In this document: piece by piece, positions 48,625 to 59,664 of the stretch
Layout of the letters: each line of letters opens with the position of its first letter
Numbering within the stretch: the stretch's first letter is position 1
Assembly (NCBI GenBank): GCA_903919315.1
Contig: CAIXHP010000014.1
Location: 296 to 64,295, forward strand
Length of the DNA: 64,000 nucleotides
Direction: 5' to 3'
Origin: an uncultured Pseudomonadota bacterium
GTDB taxonomy: Bacteria; Pseudomonadota; Alphaproteobacteria; UBA9219
The notes under the pieces: model-generated
What the model saw: only the letters and a program-made list of their open reading frames with translations
Told to the model about the DNA's origin: nothing
The model's database searches: none
Position numbers and translations under genes: made by a program

Positions 48625-50058
48625 TTACTGGTGTGCGCGTTTCTGAAGACGTTTAATGTCCCGCGCCTGCTCGTTCAGTTGCTCGCGCAACTTATCGTTC
48701 GCTGCTTTTAACTCGTTGACCGCCCCAATCAGTGGCCCTATGAACCCCATATAATCAACGCCTTTGTAGCCTTCTCCAATTCCATGAACCAACTCAGGAT
48801 AAACTTTTTCAACATCCTGCGCTATGACCCCCATTTTTTTCTCATTGTTCTGGTTCAAGGCAAAACTGACAGCATTGATCTTTGAGAGATCTTCCAACGG
48901 ATGTTCTATGGGTTTGATGTCATGCTTCAACCGAATGTCCGAAGGATCGTATATGAACGTCTCTGCCCACAAAATGTTGGCGTAGAGAAGCCCAGAAATG
49001 GTCTGGTTACCATTGACCTGTACTGCATAAGGGCAAGGGTCCGCGGGGACGTTTTTCTTGCACGGGATTACGGCTGGCGGATAGACAGGGCCATTGATGA
49101 CCACGGCCGAAGAAGCATCCGCAGGAACCATATTCATGACGAGCTGCTTCAACCCCATTATCGCTCCCGATGAGGAAGAACCACCAGATGCGTCCCCGAA
49201 TATCGTCCCCCCCTGCAGATTAAGCGGGCTCGCCTTCATGTTAAAGCTATGGGTGCCATCCATGTGGGTGTCAGCTTGCAGCGTGTTAAAGTTTGGTGTC
49301 GGCGGTGCTCCTACGTTTCCTGCTGTGATCAGACTGGTGTCCCGCGCCAGCCACGGATCGGCTGGGGTGGCACCTAGACCAACCACGGTGCGCGAAGCAA
49401 CCGCGCTAAAAACGGCGGTGGGAAAACCATACCCGCCGCTGAGCGCTGCAGCCGTAGGGCTCACGTTCCATGATCCGTAGGCACCGCAAGCTAAGCCCAA
49501 GCCACCGCAGACATCCACCGCGTAAACAAACCCGCCGTCCCCACCAATCATGCTGGCGATGCGTCCCCCCGACGAATCAGGAATCACGGTGGAGCCTGCC
49601 GCCGCCGAATTGGTGCGAATCATAAACGAGTAGTTTTGCTGTGGCATGGTACCGGCGGTCAGAATCTGTATTGCAAAAGGTTGTCCATAAGAATTGACAG
49701 TAGCCGATGTGAATCCCGGAGGAAGAAAGTCGCAGAATCCATGCGGGGCCGTACCCGCAGGCGGCAGTCCGGCGCATCCCGGACCGGTCGGCAAGGGGAG
49801 CGTATAATTGGCGCTGGGGCCGATGGTACCGCTGAGAAGGCCAACTCCCTCGCCGCTGGCCAAATACCCCCGCACCGCAGCGATCAGTTGCTTGTGTTGA
49901 TCCGCAGCGTTCTGATCGCGCAACTGGGTGTTGGCTCCGGCGATGAGTCGCCACAGTCCGGCGAACAACAGCGACGACACGGCCAAAACAATCGCCAACT
50001 CGACCAAGGTGAAACCACGGCCCGCGCGGCGGCGCATACCCAATTTCTGCAACATCAT
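48625..50058 (-). CDS. chimeric protein: type IV prepilin-type N-terminus, about 330-aa Gly-rich body, and C-terminal peptidase-S74 intramolecular chaperone domain
   Basis: GGGAGA SD. MRRRAGRG|FTLVELAIVLAVSSLLFAGLW has Gly-1, Phe+1 and Glu+5. The last 105 aa (SDIRLKHDIKPIEHPLEDL...MGVIAQDVEKVYPELV...VNELKAANDKLREQL) are paralogous to 712-1020. Confidence 0.75.
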   Translation of the reverse strand: MMLQKLGMRRRAGRGFTLVELAIVLAVSSLLFAGLWRLIAGANTQLRDQNAADQHKQLIAAVRGYLASGEGVGLLSGTIGPSANYTLPLPTGPGCAGLPPAGTAPHGFCDFLPPGFTSATVNSYGQPFAIQILTAGTMPQQNYSFMIRTNSAAAGSTVIPDSSGGRIASMIGGDGGFVYAVDVCGGLGLACGAYGSWNVSPTAAALSGGYGFPTAVFSAVASRTVVGLGATPADPWLARDTSLITAGNVGAPPTPNFNTLQADTHMDGTHSFNMKASPLNLQGGTIFGDASGGSSSSGAIMGLKQLVMNMVPADASSAVVINGPVYPPAVIPCKKNVPADPCPYAVQVNGNQTISGLLYANILWAETFIYDPSDIRLKHDIKPIEHPLEDLSKINAVSFALNQNNEKKMGVIAQDVEKVYPELVHGIGEGYKGVDYMGFIGPLIGAVNELKAANDKLREQLNEQARDIKRLQKRAHQ

Positions 50059-50114
50059 TGTCTTGTCTCCCTGTCCAAAAAAAACTTATTCCGTCCAGCA
50101 AACGCCGCAGCCTA

Positions 50115-50723
50115 TCACGGCGCGCCTATGATTCCCAAAGACCCTGTCGCGACAGGCATCGGCACCGGCACAGCCATTCCCGTATGGGTCACCAAAACTT
50201 TGAACGTCCCCTGCATCTGAACCGTGCCAAACAGCGCCGGTGGCAGCTCTGTGTTCCGGAGCTGCCGGTCAAGCTCGCTCAACGTATAGCCGACGGGCGG
50301 CACGAGCACCGGTGCCGAAGCGTTTCCGCCGGGGGGCGGCGGCACATAGGTCAAAACATAACGCGCTCCGCCCGATGTATAGTAAACTGAGTTCCACGCA
50401 TACGCCGTGTCGTTATATCCCGCAGGAAGGGGGTCGGGAACAGTGCTGTGGCTCAAGGGGCTGGGGCAAGGGTTTATGCCGTAAACCACACGAGGAGAAG
50501 GAGTCAACAAGCAAGGCCCGGCTATTGCAAACCCATGCGCCAACGTTTTTCCCGAACTGTGCCAAGTGATCATGATCTCGGCGATGGATTTTTGGTTGGC
50601 GAAGATGCGGGCGACCTGCAGCAGGTGTACTTCGGTGTACAACCCGATGATCGACAACAGCAGGAAGATGAACGCGAACAAATACATGCAAAAAACCAAC
50701 CCTCGTGGCTGCGCCCCGAACAC
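50115..50723 (-). CDS. hypothetical protein with a single N-terminal hydrophobic helix and a Pro-rich body
   Basis: LVFCMYLFAFIFLLLSIIGLY, then a Pro-rich extracytoplasmic-looking region. Start uncertain (GTG 50723 or ATG 50687). Confidence 0.5.
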   Translation of the reverse strand: MFGAQPRGLVFCMYLFAFIFLLLSIIGLYTEVHLLQVARIFANQKSIAEIMITWHSSGKTLAHGFAIAGPCLLTPSPRVVYGINPCPSPLSHSTVPDPLPAGYNDTAYAWNSVYYTSGGARYVLTYVPPPPGGNASAPVLVPPVGYTLSELDRQLRNTELPPALFGTVQMQGTFKVLVTHTGMAVPVPMPVATGSLGIIGAP

Positions 50724-50789
50724 CGCGCGCTGATACTAGCTTACCCGCCGATAATTAACAAATCCCGATTTACGCGTCAAAGACGACAA

Positions 50790-50835
50790 AGCCCCCGGCA
50801 TCTGGCCCACCAAAGCAGGCCCGATGCCGGGGGCT
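50790..50835 (-). terminator. 13-bp-stem hairpin downstream of the 184-aa gene (possible terminator or attenuator)
   Basis: AGCCCCCGGCATC...GATGCCGGGGGCT. On the minus strand it is followed by TTTGTCGTCTTT. Confidence 0.35.
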
Positions 50836-50872
50836 GTCCGAACCGCAGCCTTTTAAGGCTTTGTTAACCGCG

Positions 50873-51397
50873 TCAAAAAGCACAAAGCGCGTAGTGTTGC
50901 GCAATCCGGTGCACGAGCCCATCCACCAACGCCTCGCGGCGCGTCGGCAGTCCGAATTTGCCGTGCGCAATCCCGTCATAGAACGCGCCCTCCACTTTCT
51001 CATACAACCGGTTAACCGGCACACCGTTCTTAGGCGCGACCACCATCGTCAATTGGCGACGTTCGCGATTCACGAAGCCGGAAAAGGTCACATCCCCAAG
51101 TCCTGCCGGAAGTTGCGCCTTCAAGCGGTGTTGCGCCATCTGGGCGACCATCTTTTCCTGTTCCTTGGTCAGACCCTTTCCCACAGGAAGACCAAGAAAC
51201 ATCTGTGCTTCCTCCATCTGAACCGTGATAAGCACGGCGTTCGCTCTGGCGGAAGGCACCTGATGGTAACCGGGGGCAGAATCAATCACCGAGACCCATG
51301 CGTTCTTTTCAAGCCGTGCTCTGGCGACAGCGCCAAAATAAGTGGAACGGGCGAACACTCGGGCCGCCTTACGCATTTCCGTTAAGGGCATCATCAT
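50873..51397 (-). CDS. hypothetical soluble protein (about 174 aa)
   Basis: AGAGGA just upstream of an ATGATGATG start. No recognisable motif. Confidence 0.5.
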   Translation of the reverse strand: MMMPLTEMRKAARVFARSTYFGAVARARLEKNAWVSVIDSAPGYHQVPSARANAVLITVQMEEAQMFLGLPVGKGLTKEQEKMVAQMAQHRLKAQLPAGLGDVTFSGFVNRERRQLTMVVAPKNGVPVNRLYEKVEGAFYDGIAHGKFGLPTRREALVDGLVHRIAQHYALCAF

Positions 51398-51554
51398 AAT
51401 CCTCTGTTTTTTAAATCCCGGCCTCAATTGGGCGTGGGACGCATTCTAGCACCGCGCCCCCACGCCAAAAAGGGCTTTCAATGCTTTCATATCCCCGCTC
51501 TTTGTGTCTGCCCAGAAACTTGTCGTTTGTTCACAATGAGTTATGAAAGGAACG

Positions 51555-51667
51555 GTCATCCCCGCGAAGGCGGGGATCCATCTCCTGTAGAATGAAAAGC
51601 GGCGATCTGGAAAAATTGCGCTCAAGCCCGTCACCGGGTGATGGTTCCCCGCCTTCGCGGGGATGAC
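51555..51667. repeat. Family A element (about 113 bp, hairpin at each end)
   Basis: GTCATCCCCGCGAAGGCGGGGATCCATCTCCTGT ... GGTGATGGTTCCCCGCCTTCGCGGGGATGAC. Confidence 0.85.
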
Positions 51668-51824
51668 CTTATTTTAGCGATTGTTTTTGCTTTTTAAGTT
51701 TCCGGACGGACACTTAACCACCCCGAACCAAGGCCTCAATTCTTCCAAAGGTTTGACAGAGGCGCGGTTTCATGGCAGAGGACTGCGCCTTGATTAAGAA
51801 GCTCAATTCAGGAGGATACACACA

Positions 51825-52151
51825 GTGGCCAAAGCGGAATGGGGTCTAAAGCGCATTTGCCCGCACTGCGGCACGCGCTATTACGACATGAAGAAAAAGC
51901 CGCCGGTGTGCCCGAGCTGCGGGGCCACCTTTGATCCTGAAACGTTGATGAAATCGCGGCGCGGCCGCGTGACGGCTGAGGAAAAAGCCCGCAAAGCCGC
52001 CGCGGCGACCGAGGTGATCGAAGATCTTCCCATCGTCGAGGGCGACGATGCCGAAGACGCGGTCATCGAAGATGCCGACGAACTCGGCGAAGACTCGGTG
52101 GATGTCGAAGAAGTCGTCGAAGTCGAAGAGGCTGAGGACGACGCTCGGTAA
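51825..52151 (+). CDS. zinc-ribbon protein with an acidic tail (TIGR02300 / FYDLN_acid-type)
   Basis: AGGAGG upstream of GTG. KRICPHCGTRYYDMKKKPPVCPSCGATFDPE, then a D/E-rich C-terminus. Confidence 0.82.
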   Translation: MAKAEWGLKRICPHCGTRYYDMKKKPPVCPSCGATFDPETLMKSRRGRVTAEEKARKAAAATEVIEDLPIVEGDDAEDAVIEDADELGEDSVDVEEVVEVEEAEDDAR

Positions 52152-52189
52152 ACAACCACCGCTCAAGACGGATCGGGTCGGCCCAACCA

Positions 52190-52320
52190 AAGGGGAGGGG
52201 GCGTTCCGCAAGGGCAATGTTGGAGAAAATGAAATTCCCTGACCGTTATCCTTTTCCAACAGACTACACCGCGCCCGGTCGTTCTCCCCCCTCCCTGACC
52301 CTCCCCACGAGGGGGAGGGA
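52190..52320. repeat. Family B MITE-like element, inverse orientation, one end truncated
   Basis: The reverse complement aligns with 13864-14019 (TCCCTCCCCCTCGTGGGGAGGGTCAGGGAGGGGGGAGAACGACCGGG...GGATAACGGTCAGGGAA...TTGCCCTTGCGGAACGCCCCCTCCCC). Confidence 0.75.
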
Positions 52321-52364
52321 ATTCTATCGCGCACCATCCCGTTCGTTTCGCAAAGGGTGAACTG

Positions 52365-52943
52365 ATGGCGAATCCTCCGTTTTGCGACTCCGGCGCGGAT
52401 TGCTGCTGCCAAAAGCGCGAAGAGGACGCCACGCGCCGCGACTTCATCGTCTTGGCCGCCGAAGCCATGGCGGGCGTGGGCGCGGTCGGCGCGGCGTGGC
52501 CGCTCATCGATTCGATGAATCCCGCCGTCGCGACGGCAAAGGCTCTGGCGACCGAAGACATCGACCTCGCCGCCATCAAGGAAGGTCAGACACTCACCGT
52601 GATGTGGCAGGGCAAGCCCGTCTTCATCCGCCACCGCACCGCCGAAGAAATCGCGGCGGCCCGCGCCGTGCCGCTCGATCAACTCAAAGATCCGCAAAGC
52701 GACGAAGACCGCGTCGCCCAATCCGCCTTCGACGGCCACGCGCTGCCGCAATGGCTGGTGCTGATCGGCAAATGCACGCACCTCGGCTGCATCCCGCGCA
52801 GCCGCAAGGCCGAGGGCTGGCTCTGCTCGTGCCACGGCGCGCACTACGATACTTCAGGCCGCATCCGCCAAGGCCCCGCCCCCCGTAACCTCGAAATCCC
52901 TCCCTATCGGTTCACCGCCCTTACCAAGCTCAGGATCGGATAA
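52365..52943 (+). CDS. petA: ubiquinol-cytochrome c reductase Rieske iron-sulfur subunit
   Basis: TRRDF twin-arginine-like leader, 2Fe-2S boxes CTHLGC and CSCHGAHYD, and GPAPRNLEIPPY. Confidence 0.9.
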   Translation: MANPPFCDSGADCCCQKREEDATRRDFIVLAAEAMAGVGAVGAAWPLIDSMNPAVATAKALATEDIDLAAIKEGQTLTVMWQGKPVFIRHRTAEEIAAARAVPLDQLKDPQSDEDRVAQSAFDGHALPQWLVLIGKCTHLGCIPRSRKAEGWLCSCHGAHYDTSGRIRQGPAPRNLEIPPYRFTALTKLRIG

Positions 52944-54200
52944 ATGCCCGCCGCCCCGCGCGTTCCCTTCAAGAATCCGGTCGTCGAATGGGTTGACGTG
53001 AGGTTGCCGCTGTTCAGTCTGTGGCGCGATCGCTATGCGATGATGCCGGTGCCGCGCAATCTCAACGGGTGGTGGGTGTCCGGCGCTCTGGCGTTGTTCA
53101 CGCTCGCGGTGATGATCGTCAGCGGCGTTTTTCTGGCAATGCACTACACGCCGACGACCGCGCAAGCCTTCGCCTCGGTCGAGCGCACCATGCGCGAAGT
53201 CAATTGGGGTTGGCTGCTCCGCGCGGTTCATATGAACGGCGCGTCGCTGTTTTTCGCCATCGTCTATGCGCACATTCTCCGCAGCGTCTATTACGGCTCA
53301 TACAAGCGCCCGCGTGAATTGCTGTGGCTGCTGGGTGTCGTGCTGTTCCTGCTGATGATGGCGACGGCCTTCATGGGCAGCGTGTTGCCGTGGAGCCAGA
53401 CAGGCTATTGGAGCGCCACCGTCGTCGCCAACCTGTTCAGGGCCATCCCGTTCGTTGGCGAGCCGCTCGTGACATGGCTGATCGGCGGCCCGGAGGTGGG
53501 CGAGGCGACGCTGCGCCGTTTCTTCGCGCTCCATTACCTGCTGCCGTTCGCGATGATCGGTGTGGCGTTTTTGCATGTCGCGGCCCAACACGTCGCGGGC
53601 GCGAACAATCCGCTGGGCATCGACCCCAAAAGCCCGCAGGACACCGTGCCGTTTCATCCCCGTTATACGAGCCGCGACCTGTTCGGGCTGGCCGTGTTCG
53701 TCTTGGTCTTTGCCGCCATCGTGTTCTTTGCGCCCGCCGCCTTTGTCGCGCCCGCCAGCGACATCCCCGCCGACCCGATGACCACGCCGGACGTCATCGT
53801 GCCCGCGTGGTATTTCCTGCCCTTTTTCGCCATGTTGCGCTCTGTCGGCGATCTGGTCGTGCCCTTTACCGCCATCGTGCTGATCCCCGCCCAGCTGGGC
53901 GGCGTGCTGGCGCTGTTCGGCGCGTTGCTGACGTTGCTGCTGCTGCCGTGGCTGGATCGTTCGCCCGTGCGCTCGGCGGTGTTTCGCCCCCTTTACAAAA
54001 AGCTGTTCTGGTTGCTGGTGCTGGACCTCGCGCTGCTGGGCTATGTCGGCGCGCAAGAGCCGGAGGGGCTGTGCCGCCTGCTCGGCCGACTGGCGACCGC
54101 CTATTACTTCCTCCATTTCCTGATCTTTCTCCCCCTGTTGCCCCGCATCGAAAAACCCCAGCCTTTGCCGAGCAGCATCGCGGAGGCGGTGAGGGAATGA
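52944..54200 (+). CDS. petB: cytochrome b (divergent: PAWY instead of PEWY)
   Basis: WLLRAVHMNGASLFFAIVYAHILRSVYYGSY, RFFALHYLLPF...FLHV, and His at ORF positions 96/110/197/211. IVPAWYFLPFFAMLR. Confidence 0.92.
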   Translation: MPAAPRVPFKNPVVEWVDVRLPLFSLWRDRYAMMPVPRNLNGWWVSGALALFTLAVMIVSGVFLAMHYTPTTAQAFASVERTMREVNWGWLLRAVHMNGASLFFAIVYAHILRSVYYGSYKRPRELLWLLGVVLFLLMMATAFMGSVLPWSQTGYWSATVVANLFRAIPFVGEPLVTWLIGGPEVGEATLRRFFALHYLLPFAMIGVAFLHVAAQHVAGANNPLGIDPKSPQDTVPFHPRYTSRDLFGLAVFVLVFAAIVFFAPAAFVAPASDIPADPMTTPDVIVPAWYFLPFFAMLRSVGDLVVPFTAIVLIPAQLGGVLALFGALLTLLLLPWLDRSPVRSAVFRPLYKKLFWLLVLDLALLGYVGAQEPEGLCRLLGRLATAYYFLHFLIFLPLLPRIEKPQPLPSSIAEAVRE

Positions 54201-54448
54201 AACGCACCGCCGCCCTGCTATTGCTCGCCCTCGCGCTAGCGCCCATCCCCGCCGGAGCCAGTGCGCCAAGCCCCACAACTGCCGTCCACGAAGCCGAAGC
54301 GGCGCAAGCCCCGCTGTCTCTCCTCTGGGATGCCGAACCACTACAGGCGACGCGTTTGCGCACCGGCGCGGGCGTTCTGGCCTTCCTCGCCGTCTTTGCC
54401 GTCCTCCTGTACATCCTGCAACGTCGCGCATGGGCGAAACGGTCTTAA
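54197..54448 (+). CDS. 83-aa 'headless' cytochrome c1 remnant (signal peptide plus c1-type C-terminal anchor, no CxxCH)
   Basis: ATGA overlap with the petB stop. MKRTAALLLLALALAPIPAGASA..., then WDAEPLQATRLRTGAGVLAFLAVFAVLLYILQRRAW resembles the conserved C-terminal W-x-AEP...R..G-TM end of c1. Confidence 0.6.
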   Translation: MKRTAALLLLALALAPIPAGASAPSPTTAVHEAEAAQAPLSLLWDAEPLQATRLRTGAGVLAFLAVFAVLLYILQRRAWAKRS

Positions 54449-54518
54449 CCAAGGAACGGGGAAACGGGGCTGGACTCGCGCCAACAGAGCTGCTAAACAG
54501 CGCGTCTTCATACGGTGT

Positions 54519-54594
<76 letters not shown>

Positions 54595-54689
54595 CCGTTG
54601 TGAACGTATGGCGGACAAGGCCTTGCCTGTCCTGCCCTTAACGCAAATGATGCGTTTTTACTTTCCCCGCCTTATCCTATAATGCCCGC

Positions 54690-55484
54690 ATGTTAACTTT
54701 AGTTGATTTACATAGCGCTCTCGTTGTCGCGCCCATTTCGATGGCCAAGATTGACGGTATGCAGTCGGCGCGGGAAACCATGCGGATCTTCACAGACCTG
54801 CTGCTTCCCCGCGCCCCGGAAGACGAAGCCAGCACGGATGTCGTCGCCGTCACGACCGAGGGGCTTTATATGTGCAACGCAGGCGAGTCGGCTCATGCGT
54901 TGCGTGAACGACTTTGGAAAATGGGCGACTGTTTTCGTCGGCAGTTTCACAATGAGCTTGCTCAAGCGCACAAGAAGGATCCCCGCATCATCCCTCAGGC
55001 CTATGAAATCGAGACTTTCGATGCCTTGCGCGCGCGAGCCTCGGGAGATTTTCGTCAACTCTTTGGCCTGCTGAAAGGCGAGGTGACAACCAATCCGCGC
55101 TACCGGGAAAAAATCAGCGCCGACCTCGACCGCCTGAACCAGCCGATGACCGAGGACAAAACCGCCTTTCTCAATGAAGAGTTTGTCTGGGGTTGGCTGG
55201 TCTACAAAGGCCGCCTGCGCTTGCGCGAAAACGGCGCGCTGCGCAGACACAGAGAGGGGCAAACCATCGTGTGCTATCCGGGCGACCTGATGGCTTCGCA
55301 AATCGAAGCCTACCGCCTGCTGACCCACGCCACGGGCGCTCTGCCGATGGGGCGCAGCCTCTACGTCAACACCGTTCGTCACCAAGACGAAGATGTCGCG
55401 GCGACCGTCGCGGGGCTGGAGAGGCGAGAACCTCTTGGGAAGAAAATCCCACGCGTCAAACTATCGGCCTTTGCGCCGACGTAG
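54690..55484 (+). CDS. hypothetical protein (264 aa)
   Basis: Long ORF with no recognisable motif and a weak SD. Start uncertain (54690 or 54741). Confidence 0.42.
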   Translation: MLTLVDLHSALVVAPISMAKIDGMQSARETMRIFTDLLLPRAPEDEASTDVVAVTTEGLYMCNAGESAHALRERLWKMGDCFRRQFHNELAQAHKKDPRIIPQAYEIETFDALRARASGDFRQLFGLLKGEVTTNPRYREKISADLDRLNQPMTEDKTAFLNEEFVWGWLVYKGRLRLRENGALRRHREGQTIVCYPGDLMASQIEAYRLLTHATGALPMGRSLYVNTVRHQDEDVAATVAGLERREPLGKKIPRVKLSAFAPT

Positions 55485-55487
55485 ACA

Positions 55488-55580
55488 TCACCCCTTCAGC
55501 TTTTTTCCCGGCACATCATTCAGCATCGCGGGGTGGGTTGCTTTTATGACCTGCCTCACAAAGAACCCGAACAGCTTGTC
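55488..55580 (-). pseudogene. relic copy of the last 31 codons of gatB
   Basis: The minus strand reads GACAAGCTGTTCGGGTTCTTTGTGAGGCAGGTCATAAAAGCAACC-CACCCCGCGATGCTGAATGATGTGCCGGGAAAAAAGCTGAAGGGGTGA. By hand alignment it is 82/93 identical to 46859-46963, with one 12-nt gap, and both frame and stop are preserved. Confidence 0.8.
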
Positions 55581-55598
55581 AGCGATTATCGGCTGGCT

Positions 55599-56939
55599 TC
55601 AGGCGGCTTCGGCGGCGATGGTTTGGATGATGTTTTCCACCAGTTTGCGGATCAGTTGGGCATCGTCGCCTTCGGCCATGACGCGGATGAGGGGCTCGGT
55701 GCCGGATTTGCGGATGAGGAGGCGGCCTGCGCCGTTCAACTGGCGCTCGGCGGCGGCGATGGCGGATTGCACGGCGGGGCGGGTCAGGATTTCGCCGGGC
55801 GCTTTCGCGTTGAGCAGGATTTGCGGCAGCGGCTCGAACAGGCGGCAGACTTGGCTGGCGGGCGCGTGGCGTTCGCGGATCACGGCGAGGATTTGCAGCG
55901 CGGCGATCAGGCCGTCGCCGGTGGTGCCATAGTCGCTTAACACGATATGGCCGGATTGTTCGCCGCCGACGTTGCAGCCCTGCGCGCGCATCGCTTCGAC
56001 GACATAGCGGTCGCCGACGGGCGTGCGGGTCAGGCCGATGTTGCGGCTGTTCAGAAAACGCTCAAAGCCCAGATTGGACATGACGGTGGTGACGACGGCG
56101 TTGCCTTTCAGCTTGCCGTTGCGGCTCCATGCTTCGGCGATCAGGGCGATAAGCTGGTCGCCGTCGATCATCTGGCCCTTTTCGTCGGCCATGATCAGCC
56201 GGTCGGCATCGCCGTCGAGGGCGATGCCAACGTCCGCTTGATGCAGCAGCACCGTTTCCTGCATCAGGCGCGGGTGCGTCGCGCCGCAGTCGAGGTTGAT
56301 GTTGCAGCCGTCGGGCTGCACCGCGACGGGGATGACTTCGGCTCCCAGTTCCCACAGGATGGCCGGGGCGGCTTTGTAGGCCGCGCCGTTGGCGCAATCG
56401 ACGACGATTTTGAGGCCGTCGAGGCGCAGGCCGCTTGGCGAGGTGCCTTTGACGCATTCGACATAACGGCCGATTGCGTCGTCGAGGCGGCTGGCGCGGC
56501 CAAGCTCGGCGGAGGGGGGGAGGTCGGTGATGCCGTTTTCCATCCGCGCTTCGATCTGCGCTTCGATGTCGTCGGAGAGCTTGTAGCCGTCCGGTCCGAA
56601 CAGCTTGATGCCGTTGTCTTCATAGGGGTTGTGCGAGGCCGAGATCATCACGCCCATGTCGGCGCGGAGGCTTTTGGTCAGCATGGCGACGGCGGGGGTG
56701 GGCAGGGGGCCGAGCAGGATCACGTCCATGCCCTGCGCGATAAAGCCCGCCGTCAAAGCGGGTTCCAGCAGATAGCCCGACAGACGCGTGTCCTTGCCGA
56801 TCACCACGCGGTGGCGGTGGTCGCCGCGCCGGAACAGGCTGGCGGCGGCCATCGCGACGTTGAGGGCTGTCGCCGCCGTCATCGGTTCTTGATTGGCGCG
56901 GCCACGGATGCCGTCGGTGCCGAAAAGCTTGCGGGTCAT
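55599..56939 (-). CDS. glmM: phosphoglucosamine mutase
   Basis: [16 protein letters not shown], active-site [13 protein letters not shown], and GDGDADR. Confidence 0.97.
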   Translation of the reverse strand: MTRKLFGTDGIRGRANQEPMTAATALNVAMAAASLFRRGDHRHRVVIGKDTRLSGYLLEPALTAGFIAQGMDVILLGPLPTPAVAMLTKSLRADMGVMISASHNPYEDNGIKLFGPDGYKLSDDIEAQIEARMENGITDLPPSAELGRASRLDDAIGRYVECVKGTSPSGLRLDGLKIVVDCANGAAYKAAPAILWELGAEVIPVAVQPDGCNINLDCGATHPRLMQETVLLHQADVGIALDGDADRLIMADEKGQMIDGDQLIALIAEAWSRNGKLKGNAVVTTVMSNLGFERFLNSRNIGLTRTPVGDRYVVEAMRAQGCNVGGEQSGHIVLSDYGTTGDGLIAALQILAVIRERHAPASQVCRLFEPLPQILLNAKAPGEILTRPAVQSAIAAAERQLNGAGRLLIRKSGTEPLIRVMAEGDDAQLIRKLVENIIQTIAAEAA

Positions 56940-56996
56940 AGGACTATTCCTGCCGGTTGCGTTGCGGGGGGAGGATAGTCGTTTGCGCGGCTGGGC

Positions 56997-57479
56997 TCAA
57001 CGCGGTTTTATTGTGGGAGCGACATAGCCTGATCCCCTTTCGAAGGGTCGATAGGTTGTCGTCGAGGCGTATATAATCTTGTTTGGGGGGTATGCGTACC
57101 CATGGCGCTTTGTGACCTCGTTGATTACGGCGTTCATTTCCGGAAAGTCGCTGTCGATCAAGGGGCGGCAGTATTCTTGCTGTCGGACAAAGGGGACAAG
57201 GAGCAAGGTTGTTGCGATAATCTTTTTTTGGCACACGAGTCCCGCTTCGGGTTGGAACGCCTCTGTAACGGTCTCTCCCTTTGAAGCGGCGATGTAGCTC
57301 TGCGAGCTATAGACGCTCCTGACGGCATAGGTGGGAGTATTGTATTTTTTTGTGGGAAAAGAATAGGTAGGCTCACTGTCGATATATGTGGGAAAAATGG
57401 CGGTCAGTGTGTTGGCCCCGAGTATGAACGTGCCTGTGGCAACCAGTGGAGCGACAACGAAAGTGGTGGCAAGGTTCAT
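56997..57479 (-). CDS. hypothetical protein with a hydrophobic N-terminus (160 aa)
   Basis: GGAGA upstream of the ATG. The stretch is visibly AT-richer. No recognisable motif. Confidence 0.5.
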   Translation of the reverse strand: MNLATTFVVAPLVATGTFILGANTLTAIFPTYIDSEPTYSFPTKKYNTPTYAVRSVYSSQSYIAASKGETVTEAFQPEAGLVCQKKIIATTLLLVPFVRQQEYCRPLIDSDFPEMNAVINEVTKRHGYAYPPNKIIYASTTTYRPFERGSGYVAPTIKPR

Positions 57480-57570
57480 GTATTTCTCCGGTAAAATGCA
57501 GGACTATATTTCCTGTCTTACCGAAAAGTTGATGTAATTACAACGCGCTTTTGCTGATGGCGGGGTTTGG

Positions 57571-59517
<1,947 letters not shown>

Positions 59518-59664
59518 AGCGCGCAGCCTTTCACATAAGCCGATGACGGTGATCCGGCTGGGCCGCTATCATCGGGGGAACATGTTGAAGATATAGTAAA
59601 GCTTGTTGGGATTGCAATTGCTCGTCCATCGCGGCGGCGCGAAATAGTCACACGGGCGGACGGG

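Noticed and set aside
48625-51427. Interpretation of the pilin-S74 cluster as part of a prophage tail module or a shufflon-type PilV locus.
   Set aside because: No capsid, tail-tube, baseplate, terminase, integrase or recombinase (Rci-like) genes flank it in the window, and I saw no multiple inverted segments. It cannot be excluded without the wider genome, so the cluster is kept as a finding with this caveat.
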